DNA of 64,000 nucleotides. Origin: Rhodosorus marinus CCMP1338. Taxonomy: Eukaryota; Plantae; Rhodophyta. Numbering within the stretch: the stretch's first letter is position 1; each line of letters begins with the position of its first letter. The position numbers were made by a program, and so were the translations under genes. Positions 11,381 to 22,300 of this stretch are shown here, one piece after another. The notes beneath the pieces were generated by a model. That model saw only the letters and a list, made by a program, of their open reading frames with translations. It did not search any database and was not told where the DNA came from. The stretch lies in the NCBI GenBank assembly GCA_029953675.1, contig JAMWBK010000009.1, positions 248,001 through 312,000 of the forward strand, written 5' to 3'.

Positions 11381-12290
11381 GTCGAGTGTATCTCCGAGGT
11401 GACATTTCCTGGACAAAGCGGTTAGGTTGCTCATCCTGTAAGGGGTCGGATGGGCCATATTATGGTACACCACCAGTGCGTAGACTCCGAACCTTTTTGA
11501 CCCATGATTTCCGTGTCCTAAAACATCCAACAGGCATCATCAGGTTTCCAGTAAACCATGCTAACCAGATAGGACCACGGCAGCGCTCCCAACCGCTTGG
11601 GGGCAGAAAAACAGGGCTGTCACGTTCCTTTCAGAAAAAGGACTTGCACTGAGATTCAGTAGAAAACGCGATAATTACGAACGGGGAATGGGAGGGTTAC
11701 CCCACCTACCATGGAGATACACCCACAGAAGCGAAGGCTAGAATCCCACCTCACCTCTCGTGTCCTAAGTTACCGCAACCTCCCCCTACCGGCAGACAAG
11801 AGTTAGGCGAGCCGATGGGGACACTCACTTACGCTAGGTACAGCCACTAAATTCGGGAAAGAACTGCCTAGACAGAAGTTGAGCACCTGCTTCAACTCTT
11901 ATAGCTTCTGCACCCCATCTTTGGCGCCGGCTTGGGGGCTACAAACGATTTCGCCCACGAAATTCAATCAATTTAATCAGGGCTTGATTGAATCGTTTCA
12001 TAAATCAAAAAAATCTGCTTTGGTATAAGCATACCTGATTGGTTCGTTTTTTACCGGAAAATCCGGTTGGATCATGTGTCCCTGTCCAGCCTTAGCCGCA
12101 AGAGGCCATTCGTTTGAGTTCAGCAGGGAGGACCAACTGCCAGGATACACGAGCTGAAGGTCGTCAAGTATGAGATGATGGACATTATAACGATTTTATT
12201 AGTTTGTTAGATTACGGTTCCAGAAGGGGATTCCGCAATAGTCTGGCTCAAGGGTTGGGGAAGAACAGCTAGGACGGGGGGTAGCAAAGG

Positions 12291-15200
12291 TTACGAAATT
12301 CTGGTTGCGATGGTCAATCCGTCGCGAATAGGGAGCATCAGCTGCTCTGTGCGCGGATCGTTCCGAACATGCACGTTGAACTCGTGCATTTTCCTCGCCA
12401 ACCGACCTGCCTCGTGAATTGAGTTTGTCCTCCTCCTCCTTAACTGCTGGGACAATGTTGAATCGTCGCTGTCCTCGTCATGAAGGTATGGTACCCCTCC
12501 CTGTCATGTGAGGATAATCAGACCTCTCCGATCAGTTTTTGATGTGATCGGTAGCATTCTCGGTGGCGTGTGTGCAAACCTTGAAAAGAACGTTGTCAAT
12601 GATCATAACCCCGCCGATCCGCAAGATATTTGATTCCAAAATCTTGTCATAGTACGACTTATATTTTGCCTTGTTCGCGTCCAAAAAAACAACATCAAAG
12701 GGTTCCGCCTTCGACTCCACGAGCTCCTCCAGAACGTCATCCGCAGCTGTCAGTCTAACGCTGATCTTATTCGAAATCGTGCTTCTGTCGTAGAAGGCCT
12801 GTGCGATCTGTTGGAACAGGATAATAGGGTTGGCAAGCACTTTCGTAAGCAGCAATGCTTCGGTGACGTGATGGGACCCATGTGAGAAGTTCGCTACCTC
12901 TATCGCTTTGGGATCAATGTCACAAGTAAGCAGTTCTCCATGGTCGGAAAGTCCAGAAGCCATCCACAGGGACGAATAGCCAGTAAAAGTCCCAAGCTCC
13001 AGCACCCGCGAGCTCTGCGTCATGCTTATAATGTTTTTCAAAAGCCGTCCGACGACTGGACCACACACCTGAAGTCATGTCAGAAGCCTGTTCAGAGACA
13101 TTCAGGAGCTAACATGTTTCATCCTTGTCCAATAGACCTACCATGTGCGCTCGAGAAGGGAAGGCTTCCTGCGTAGCCTCTTGCAAGTCTCTCATCAGCA
13201 ATGGTTCAGACGTGCTGTACTCTCGTGAGTACTCGTCGAGGAGGTCAGAGTGTTCATCGCGGTCAGCGCGATTGGAGGAGACTGAGTGTGTCTCGGATTG
13301 AGAGCTGTCTGCAGTGAGACACTGTAGACAATCTTCTGAGCAGCAGCCTTTCAGTTGAGCCGCGCACTCCGGGCATTGAACGAAGTGCCGATCGGCAAAT
13401 GGTCTTCCACATCTGCGGGACAAGAAAACCTGTGTGTTAATACATGAAGCCACCATAAACAGAGGTCGTATTCCACGGTGATCAAAGTACCTTTCATTAG
13501 CGCAGTCGGTCTGCGTGTCGCATTTTGCTCCGCAATTCAAACACTGCGTAAGGACATCGCCAGTAACTCTCTCTCCCAGCCGTAGATCAAAAACATAATT
13601 TACGCCCCTAAATTGTGACTCGAGACCTTCCTCTCGGACGAACTTTGAATAAGCTACAATCCCGCCCTCCAACCGATCCTGTTTGAGGAAACGCCACCAC
13701 TGAAAATTAGCGCTCCTTCTTCCCGCAAAAAGAAACTGTTTTCAGCGAGTCAAAAATGCAGCAGCGTCTTCGACGGTAAACTTACCACGTTCTTGAATCC
13801 CATCTCTTGCTCGAGGAAAGCCCCGACTTTGACGCAACGAATCCCACCAGTGCAATACGTCATGATCCTTTTATCCTTGCTCGTTCCTTCGAGCTCTTTT
13901 CGAAGCCAATCCCAGGACTCTCTGAACGTGGAAGTATCCAGAGCTCTTGCGCTTTCAAACTTCCCGACCTATATCACCAGAGAACGGATAGAGCGTTTTG
14001 TCCGTTCTCAGCTGTGAGCAGAAGCAACTTCTCCAGTGGCTACTGAGTGCCTACCTGACTCTCGTACTTGTTTCTGCAGTCCAACAAAATCACGTCATCA
14101 TTGGACTCTAGCTTTTGGTGCCACTCTTCCGGTGATACGGCAGTTCCATTGTTGCTCCTACGATTCCAGTCGGCAAGCAGAAAGCGCAAAATCATGGAAT
14201 TAGTTCGCTGCTCTTGTGAGCTGTATATGTCTAATGAATCCCTCTCTCAAACAAGTACCAATCCAAAGGCTTTTCTAGACCATCTGAAAGGACTTGAGGA
14301 CGAACTTTGATCCTCAAGTCAACGAACGGTGTGTCGCTGAGAGCGACCTTGCGGTCGACGTTCAGAAAAGCCCCACGAATCTGGCGGCCGCCGCAGCAAG
14401 GAAACATCGCTCTTGTCAGGACGGTGAATAGAGGCGATTAACCCTTCACATATGCTCACCTCTCTGGGAACCCAGCGATTCGCCCACTCCGCTATCTCAG
14501 CGAGCTCGTCTCCTCTTGCAGAAGGATCGTCCGCCAGCGATAGCTCAAGGCAACTGAGGAGGTTGCTTGGCACACAAAGCTGAGCATTTATCCCTTCTTT
14601 AGCGATGTAAACTCTGCCCTTCACCCCCAGAGCAGACAGTACTCTTCTCGACCTGTTCATAACAAACTCGGGCTGTTCTATGTCCACAAACCTGTAGAAA
14701 GAGAGGGCCTGCTGACCATAAACGATCAAAATTCTAAGTAGGCTGGCCAGGAAAATTGAGCTAAGGGTTTAGAGGACGAAACTACCGTAACGTGCTCATC
14801 CACCTGCTCCTTCAAGGATTTCAGAAGATCTGGCTCCGGAACGTGATCAGCCTCAGGTAGGATCGGCATTTTCAGAGGCTCTAGAGCTAGCATGAGCTGA
14901 TCACCAGCTTCTTCTGCTGCGTCTCGAGCTCTCATGAGGTCCGTATCCGTCTCCAATACGTGCTTGGTATGCAACAGCTGGAACGACTCCTCGTCTGGCA
15001 ACAGTATAAATTTCGGGTGGAACGACAGAACGGGGAACAGGCGGATCATCTGCTGCAGAACCTGTACATAGGTCATCCAGGAATACCAATTTGTCCCATA
15101 AATTTTTGTGATGATTAACGTCAACACGTTGCGTGCCGTTGCGCATAGCACGAGCAGTTACCTGACGCTTGAACTCCCGCAGCGAGTGAGAACATTCCTT

Positions 15201-15568
15201 GTCGATGAAAACCCGAACTAATTTCAGCTTCGGCGACAGTCCCAGAGGTTTCCATACTTCATAAGCCACTGAAATCTTCACTGGAATTTTCCTGTTCAAA
15301 GAAGAGAAAAGGAATCAGCAAGCAGACCCGTCAAGGAGTCATGATCACGCGCATCCCAGCCAACTCTTTGTGCTCACTCAGTATGTTTCAATTCATCCCT
15401 AATCTGCTCGGAGACCTCTCTAAAGCGTTTCGCTGTCGATTTTCTCCTTGACCTAGCATTGTCTCTGGATCCCTCAGCCAGGGACCCTTTCACAACCAAC
15501 CTCCGACTGCACACATGACTTTTCCATTTGTGACAAACAATCCCATTCCCAAACACGAAACCTTCCAT
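12291..15568 (-). CDS. trhO: TrhO/YceA (UPF0176 rhodanese-like tRNA U34 hydroxylase) fused to a C-terminal family-3 SAM O-methyltransferase; probable plastid transit peptide
   Basis: ALSFYRF, KGRVYIAKEGINAQ, LLDCRNKYES, YCTGGIRC, LEGGI, YVFD.R and a Cys cluster, then ELGTFTGYS, FLDANK, IIDNVLF and LPIRDGLT. Starts MEGFVFG. Multiple GT-AG introns. Confidence 0.85.
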
Positions 15569-15939
15569 ATCGCCTACTCTCAATGTAAATAAAAAAAAAT
15601 TGACTTCCAAGTGAGTCCAATCGCTCTCCGAGCACATACACATCCCCTCCCTCATCCCAATTCCCCCTCACCAAGCGTCCGCATCACTTTAATGAAAAAC
15701 CCCTGTCATCGCCTTTGCAAATTTTGACGAAACTCGTTGACGACCGGTCGCCCCCTTTTTCCATTAATTTTCAAAGGCCAAAAATCTCTCTAAATCACCG
15801 CCAAATGTTCGAATGTTATCTCCTGCATCGAGTTTCCCGTCGAATGGAAACTTAAAATATGGAAGCTTTTATGAACCTTTGCGCTTTTTTAGGAGAATAT
15901 CTGGTTGGACCTAAATGATTGAACGTAGTCATTATCATG

Positions 15940-16450
15940 GCGGTGGGTTGGAGATGACCGTGAGTGAAGAATGTTGTGCGAATGGGGAAGATTCGTTCAA
16001 GTCCAACGCGAGCTCTTCCAATTGTGCAATACAAACTCTCACTCACACTCACTAGATAGTAAAAACCCGCTCGGAAGTATCCAGCGTCCGGCCTCCGCCT
16101 CTCGGGGTTTCAGAGAAAGCCCTCCTGTCGACCTATATCGCAGGAGGAGAGTTCTAAAAGGGCTTCGTGGATGACAAGATGTTTATCAACCAGCTCGCAG
16201 GAGGGCCAAACTTACTACCCTAGAAGGTTGCAAGGAACGAAGGCCAAGTCCTAGTCCTCTGTCCGGATCGACAACAGTGCGCGCCGGCGAGCCGGGCACG
16301 CATGCGTCTGTTTGCTGCGCATGCTTACGATGCTCGGCCTCTCGTTCTGGCCAGCAAAACACAACGCTTGGCATCATAGCTTGAACTTTCTGCCCATAGA
16401 GATGTGTTCCAGCTGCGAGATCGTCCAGTAACAGCCTGTACAACCTCTGG
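15940..16450 (-). CDS. Hypothetical multi-exon coding fragments
   Basis: Protein-like frames bounded by splice sites (GLSLKPREAEAGRWILPSGFLLS; ELALDLNESSPFAQH). No model resolved. Confidence 0.25.
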
Positions 16451-16917
16451 GAGGCACTATGTCCATAACCTTCCCGAAAGGCTCGGGCAGACAGAAAACA
16501 CCCTATGGGGAAAATGGCTCTACTCAGGAGATATTTTTAATTAAATTTAATAATTATAGGGTTTATACCGAGTGTTTGATAAATACCATCTAGAATTTTA
16601 AAAGTTTGCAAGTGTGTCAGTCGGAAAGGAAATATGGCGGGACTGGTTGTCGTCTATTGTCTAAGGTTACCCAGTGGCCCTTGGATGGTTTGCTTCTTAG
16701 ACAAGGGTGCCGTAGAAGAAGAGCGTTTAACTTGCATAGACCCCATGAGCTCGATGGTCAGTTAGGCGTAGCCCCTGCAAGCAGTTGGAGCCCGCATCGG
16801 AGCACGAGTTCTTGATTGTGTGGAGCGTCCCGGAGTCGTGGGCGGCTGCGTCGTTTCGTGGGTTGCTGGCAGAAGAGGACACCGTCGTAGCCGAGTGCTC
16901 TATCTAACAGACTGTTA

Positions 16918-18113
16918 ATGTCAGTGCGAGCTGCTGCCCCTCATCGAGGGAGCGAGTTCCGAATTTCTCTTTTCCAGACCGCTGCAGGCGTGAAGTTTCT
17001 GGAGGAGTTGCGGGGTTTTTCGAGCCATGCAGCTGAAATACAAGCAAAACAGTTCACTTGGCCTCGTGTCCGGTCTGTGCTGCAGCGGTCGGCCATTTGC
17101 AGCGCTGCTTCAGGTGCCACCTTCTATGCATCCGCGACCGCGATGCAAGGCCTCTTTGGTGGCCTGTTCCGAGTTTCAGCTTCAACCCCGGTGCTTGCTC
17201 CAGTATGTGGAGGAGTCGCTTTCATAATATCGGCGCTCAGCGCTGATCTCGCCGCGAGGACCTGCATCAAGATCTTCTTCACACATGCGAAACCTCAGCC
17301 CGAGCGTAGAAAGCGGAAGGTAGACCCCTCCCGAGACCATGCACTTTTTTTCACGAAGCTTGGACCCAATTGTTCCTTTGACAGATAAGTTGACCATCAT
17401 AGCACTCTTCCAACTTTAAACAGAGGCGAAAGCAACCTGAGACCACTTCTCAGCAGCCAGTGAAAGTCAATCCAATTGTGCCAGTGGCAGTATCTTTTGG
17501 GATGTTTTTGCTTCTTGGTAAGGATGCAGTACTGCAGACAAGGCAAGCACAACACTTGTATTCACGGTAATGGAGTCGTACATGCGTACATGTTGCAGGG
17601 GGAAGGTTGAGATCATTCCTTCCGAGTAATGTCCTCAAGCCAGGCGCTTTCCATCGGCGCCTTGGTTCGATTTCGGGCAGCTCTCAGTACGCCTCGAAAG
17701 CGGGGAAGGAACTGACTCAGGAGCATGGCGCCGCCTTCGGGTGCCACACATGCGGTAAGATGTACTGCCAATTTGCACTGCAGATTTGACAGAGGGTGGA
17801 CCCAGCTGAAAAGCCTGCTGATTGTCCGTGGGGTGCATTCACAATGGAAGGTATCGTTCGCAGCCAGTTCTGGGCAGACCATATGCCACCGAAGGCCGTC
17901 GTCGCCGCTAGAGCCAAGGGCTGGGCTAGGAAGTTTTTCGAGTCCCGTCGTGTCAATTATCGGATGTATCCTCAATGCCGACCATGCTCAAGCATCCAAT
18001 CTGCTACAATACTACGCAAGTCCAGGAAGCTCATCTACCACTACAACGTGCTACGACGGTATCACCTAACCGGGCTGAGCGTTGGCCTCATGCAATCGCT
18101 ATTCCCCCAATAA
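16918..18113 (+). CDS. Membrane protein with HNH/His-Me-finger-like domain (CxxC-DH-CxxC); possible mitochondrial presequence
   Basis: Four exons give hydrophobic helices, then GGRLRSFLPSNVLKPGAF, GCHTCG, FWADHMPP and YPQCRPCSSIQ. N-terminus is Arg/Ser/Ala-rich with LRGFSS. Confidence 0.7.
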
Positions 18114-18342
18114 CAATTGGAAAGAAGCTCAACATAACCACTGACAGCTAGCAGGGGCAACACGATCATTCAAGCGTAATTTTTCAGTTGCACTTTACAC
18201 ACGGTTTTCTCAAGCTCAAATATACAAGTCTTCAAGATATAAACCTATTTCCACTACAAAAAAAAAAAAGGCACATGCGAAAGCTTCCGACTCTAAGAAG
18301 CGGCGGTGCCGAAAGCTGCGTCGACATACAGCACGAAACACC

Positions 18343-18861
18343 TCACTGGGCAAATAAGCTCCGCTGGCTTGTCTTCGCGATGCTGCTGTGCTGGGGAATG
18401 ATTGGATACGGAGAGCTCTTCCACATATCAATTTCCTCGAAAAGCAGCTTCATCTCGATCTTGCCCACGCTCTGCATGTCCGCATCCCGTAGAGTATGTA
18501 GGCCCTTTATCTTCTTTTTTGTCCGCAATTGACTCATATTCACACAAATAATCCCAAGGAAAATATCGCGCCCGAAGGCTACCTTCTCCCACAAGGCCAG
18601 GCTAATCTTGTCCACTTCTCCACACATCATATAGTCCATCTTCCTCTCGTACACTGGGTCCTCACCCTTCTTGGCTTTGGTGGATCCAATAGACTGTCCG
18701 TCAACCTTGACCTCAATATAAGTGCTTCCACGTGTTGTGGTCGGTAGGAGACCTTTCCCCCGCACAATCCGCACATGCAGATGCCCGCTAACACCCACCA
18801 TCCCTGGTCTCCCCGCTTGACAACTAACCATCTCACCCGCCTGCCCTCGCCACTTGCTCAT
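18343..18861 (-). CDS. C2-domain protein
   Basis: GHLHVRIVRGKGL...YIEVKV...STKAKKGEDPVY...LALWEK...DIFLG; start codon uncertain. Confidence 0.8.
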   Translation of the reverse strand: MSKWRGQAGEMVSCQAGRPGMVGVSGHLHVRIVRGKGLLPTTTRGSTYIEVKVDGQSIGSTKAKKGEDPVYERKMDYMMCGEVDKISLALWEKVAFGRDIFLGIICVNMSQLRTKKKIKGLHTLRDADMQSVGKIEMKLLFEEIDMWKSSPYPIIPQHSSIAKTSQRSLFAQ

Positions 18862-20919
18862 CGCCCTCTCCGCTTCATGCTCATGTACTTCTGTTCTCCC
18901 AGCGGCCGTCGACTTTATAAAAACAACTATCGGCAGAGTCCTCCAAGCAAAATCTGGCACGGGAAACTCGAAACCCTCCACCTCCCAAGGTGCAAATCCA
19001 GTCCTCGCAACATTGAAAAAAGTACAATTTCGCAAAAGATTTTTTCTTCAAAAGTAAGATAGCACTGAACAGCGCAGACTCCGTCAAAATCCCAAAAATG
19101 CATGTGTACCAATCTACCAGTTGACCTCTCTCAGCACCACTCCAAACGATCATTCCGTGACTACCCCTCGAACCTCATCTACTCGAAACCAACCCACCCC
19201 CCCCCCTTTTGTGTCTGAACATTTTCGCTTCAATTTATCCCGGAAAATGCCCCCGTGTAAGCAATTGAAGACGAAACAAAACTCCTCACGATATTATCCA
19301 CTTTTCAGTTTATTTCGCTGGAGACAAAATTTGGCCAATTTTCCCCCCCCCCATATTCCGGAGCTCATTTCAAAAGGAAACCAAAAAAAGCAAGACACAA
19401 TCTCTTTCTCCAGCCCATCGACCCTCATTGAATAAGAAATTAACAGCTTTCCAGATTCTATCCCCCCCTAAAACCCCTCCCCCCCCCACCCCGCTATGAA
19501 ATCTGTTCCGTTTTCCTCTCATTCTTCACAACTCGCTAAGCAAGGGGCACCATTCTGCATATTCATGTGCTACGAAAATTCCCCCTGATCAATTTTTTTT
19601 TCGTCCAAAGAATTTCGCCTGATCCTGAGGAGGGGGGTGGTGGGGGAATTACACTGAAAATGTCCAGAAATATATAAGAATTAAGATTTTTCCGTACTTA
19701 CAAATAATTTATGCAGCATGGGCTCTCTTCGATGAAGGAAGCCCATGCTTCTAACATCCCCCGCCCACACCCCTCCCTCGGAAAACAATTCTCTTTTAAG
19801 AAAACGCAAAAAAGAAAATCATATTCTATCGAGAAAAACTTTGAAGGAGAATATAGTAATAAACAAGAAGAGCGTTTCGGAGAAGATACGTCAGTATTTC
19901 TATTCATATTTACTTTTTTATCTGATAATGGGCTGGTGCGATTCTGCCAAAACGTGTCCAAGGGGTTATCCACAAATTGGGACGTACTAAAGACTAAAAC
20001 TTCCAAAGTTTTTGCAAGGGTTGCACTGTCCCTAAACGGATTTTTGCACGCTTTGGTGACGGGGCCCAGTTTGGATTTGTGATATCACCCGCTTACTTAT
20101 AGGCTCATTTTTTTTAGTGTTTTCCAACTGTTTTTTCCTGACAATAATCCGAACGAGCGCGTGAAAAAGCGAGGACATGCGAAGAGTAATCGTATTTGCG
20201 GGATGATAAATATCAGAAATCGTTGATTTTTCTTGATGCGCGATCTAGACTCTGGCCAGCTCTATTTCAAGGGCGCCTAATCCTCCAGAAGCAGCGTTCC
20301 AAGTCTGAGACATATCGCCGGATGTATATACGGTATCATACGCTTAATACCGTCCCACGGCGCAATAAAACAAATATTTTATGCTCAAAAACTTCTAGTG
20401 CTTCTCAACTACGACGTATTCACTTCCAAGCGGATATTTTGTTGCCCAATTTTAGTGCCGATCTCGTAATTTAAGAGCGTTGATATATTCCGAGATCGTC
20501 CACCAAAATTAGCATATTGGTAAATCGAGGCGTCCCGCATTCCCATCGAGTATTTTTCGAGGATTCACTTCATCTGTTAGTTGAGCAAGCCATATACTCG
20601 TAGTATTAAAAGTAGAAGAAAAAAACTCCCCTCCGCACCGTTCATTGGACAATAGCTGCAGACAAAAACTTAATTGCACACTATTTCCATGGATCTTTGG
20701 GAAAAGTCCAAAATCAAACCATTTTGCTCCAATAATCACGCTGTACTCCGGGGAAAGAGGCTCACGAGTCTAGCTCACTAAATATCTACAGCCAATCATC
20801 TACCGGGCAACCGGCATTGAATTCTTTTTTTTCCTATTTTTAATTTCCGGCGCGCCTAGCTCAAGGATGTGAGATCTGACGTAATCCAGGCAGGACAAAC
20901 TTCACGAATATATTTCGAT

Positions 20920-22300
20920 TTAATCTGTTGCGGCTATTACACGAAGTCCATCGTAGGGGTGAGCAAATTTCATCAAATCGTGACGAACGGGCTTATGCTC
21001 CTCGGCGGAATCAATTTTCCGGGTTGTCCAGGCGCGGACAACGCTGACTTCACCGGTTTCCCCCCCAGGTATGCTTGACGGTGAATGCATGGATATCCAA
21101 GGCCCTTTGCTTTTGCTTACCAGTGACGAGAATTTTGTAGTATTTAGCATGGCTGCCAAATAGAGAAACAAACTCGGATGGCATTTTCGGCCAAGAGAAC
21201 GGTTCTTGCTGGCCGGCCCTGATGCATCCCTCGAGCTAACAGAGTCGTAGTGACGATATTTACTGAACCAGACAATCAGTATGCCGGGAAATTCTACTCA
21301 CTTTCAATGTTTCCAAGGTTTCTGGATTACATCTCTGCGCTGTAATCGTCTCCCCTCCCAATGCTATCGTAGAGGTCCTGAACGAAAAACATAGTTGCAC
21401 CGCCCTCAACAAAAATGCGCAATTAGCACTGCCCAACAACAGCTCCCTACCCCCCACCCCCCTGGGCCCCTCCACTTCCACCTCCACCCCCATTTCTGTT
21501 CGCGTGGGAAGGCGCAAAATATGAGTTCGACCAGCGATTGTCAGCAAGACACGCAAGAAGGGCGATTGTGGTTTGGATTCGGGGGGTGATTCCGGCGGCT
21601 GGTGAAAGGTGGTTGCTTCAGGATCGTGACTGCAACGCCTTGCATGGGACATCTACTATGCAATCAAATTTGTTCCACCCGATTCGATACAACGCAGGTT
21701 GGATTTTGACTGCGAGGTGGCTGGAGCGAGAAACGCTCAATTTCGTGCTTGACGGGTGGGTTGGAGGAGCGGGGGCAACCGTGAACAGTGAATCACCCTC
21801 GCCTATATTCAGAACGGCCAGCTCAATGAAAAAGAGGTTCTGAGCGTGGTGCGGACGGGGATCTGGGCTTCCGGCTTGGTGAAGTGAGCGATGTGTGTAC
21901 AAACCATCAGCGGGGAGCTGCAAAAGAGACACGGCTATGACAAGAGTGCAAAAAAAAGAAGCTATTGCAAAACGACCTTGAGCTCTGCACGAGGATGGAC
22001 TGTGTTTGTTGGTTAGGCATAGAAATCGACGATAAAGCCAGCTGCTCTAAGACGTAATCACTAGCTACGACGGAAGCTGTGCTCTTTTGCTCGTAGAGTC
22101 AAGTCGTCTGTTCAGAGACTACAACCCTATAGAGTTGTGTGTAGCCTATTTGAACGATCCGGTTCCGGTCATTCGCGAAGTAGCAAGTACCGAAGCTTCG
22201 TAACTTTGCCCCATCTTGGATGGACGAAGCTTGCTTCCAAGTTTTCGAACATAGCGCTTCCGTGTAACTAGAGCAGTTCGTTAAGCAACTCCAGGAGGGG
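20920..22300 (-). CDS. Multi-exon hypothetical protein, beta-strand rich
   Basis: In-phase splice AAA|GTGAGT...TTAG|CTC links TIALGGETITAQRCNPETLETLK to LEGCIRAGQQEPFSWPKMPSEFVSLFGSHAKYYKILV. Further frames at 21618-21932 and 20920-21100. The 5' end is unknown. Confidence 0.4.

Noticed and set aside
19715-19756. Helitron 3' end (AGCATGGGCT hairpin followed by CTAA)
   Set aside because: Short stem, no matching 5' TC/A-T insertion context and no Rep/helicase sequence nearby.
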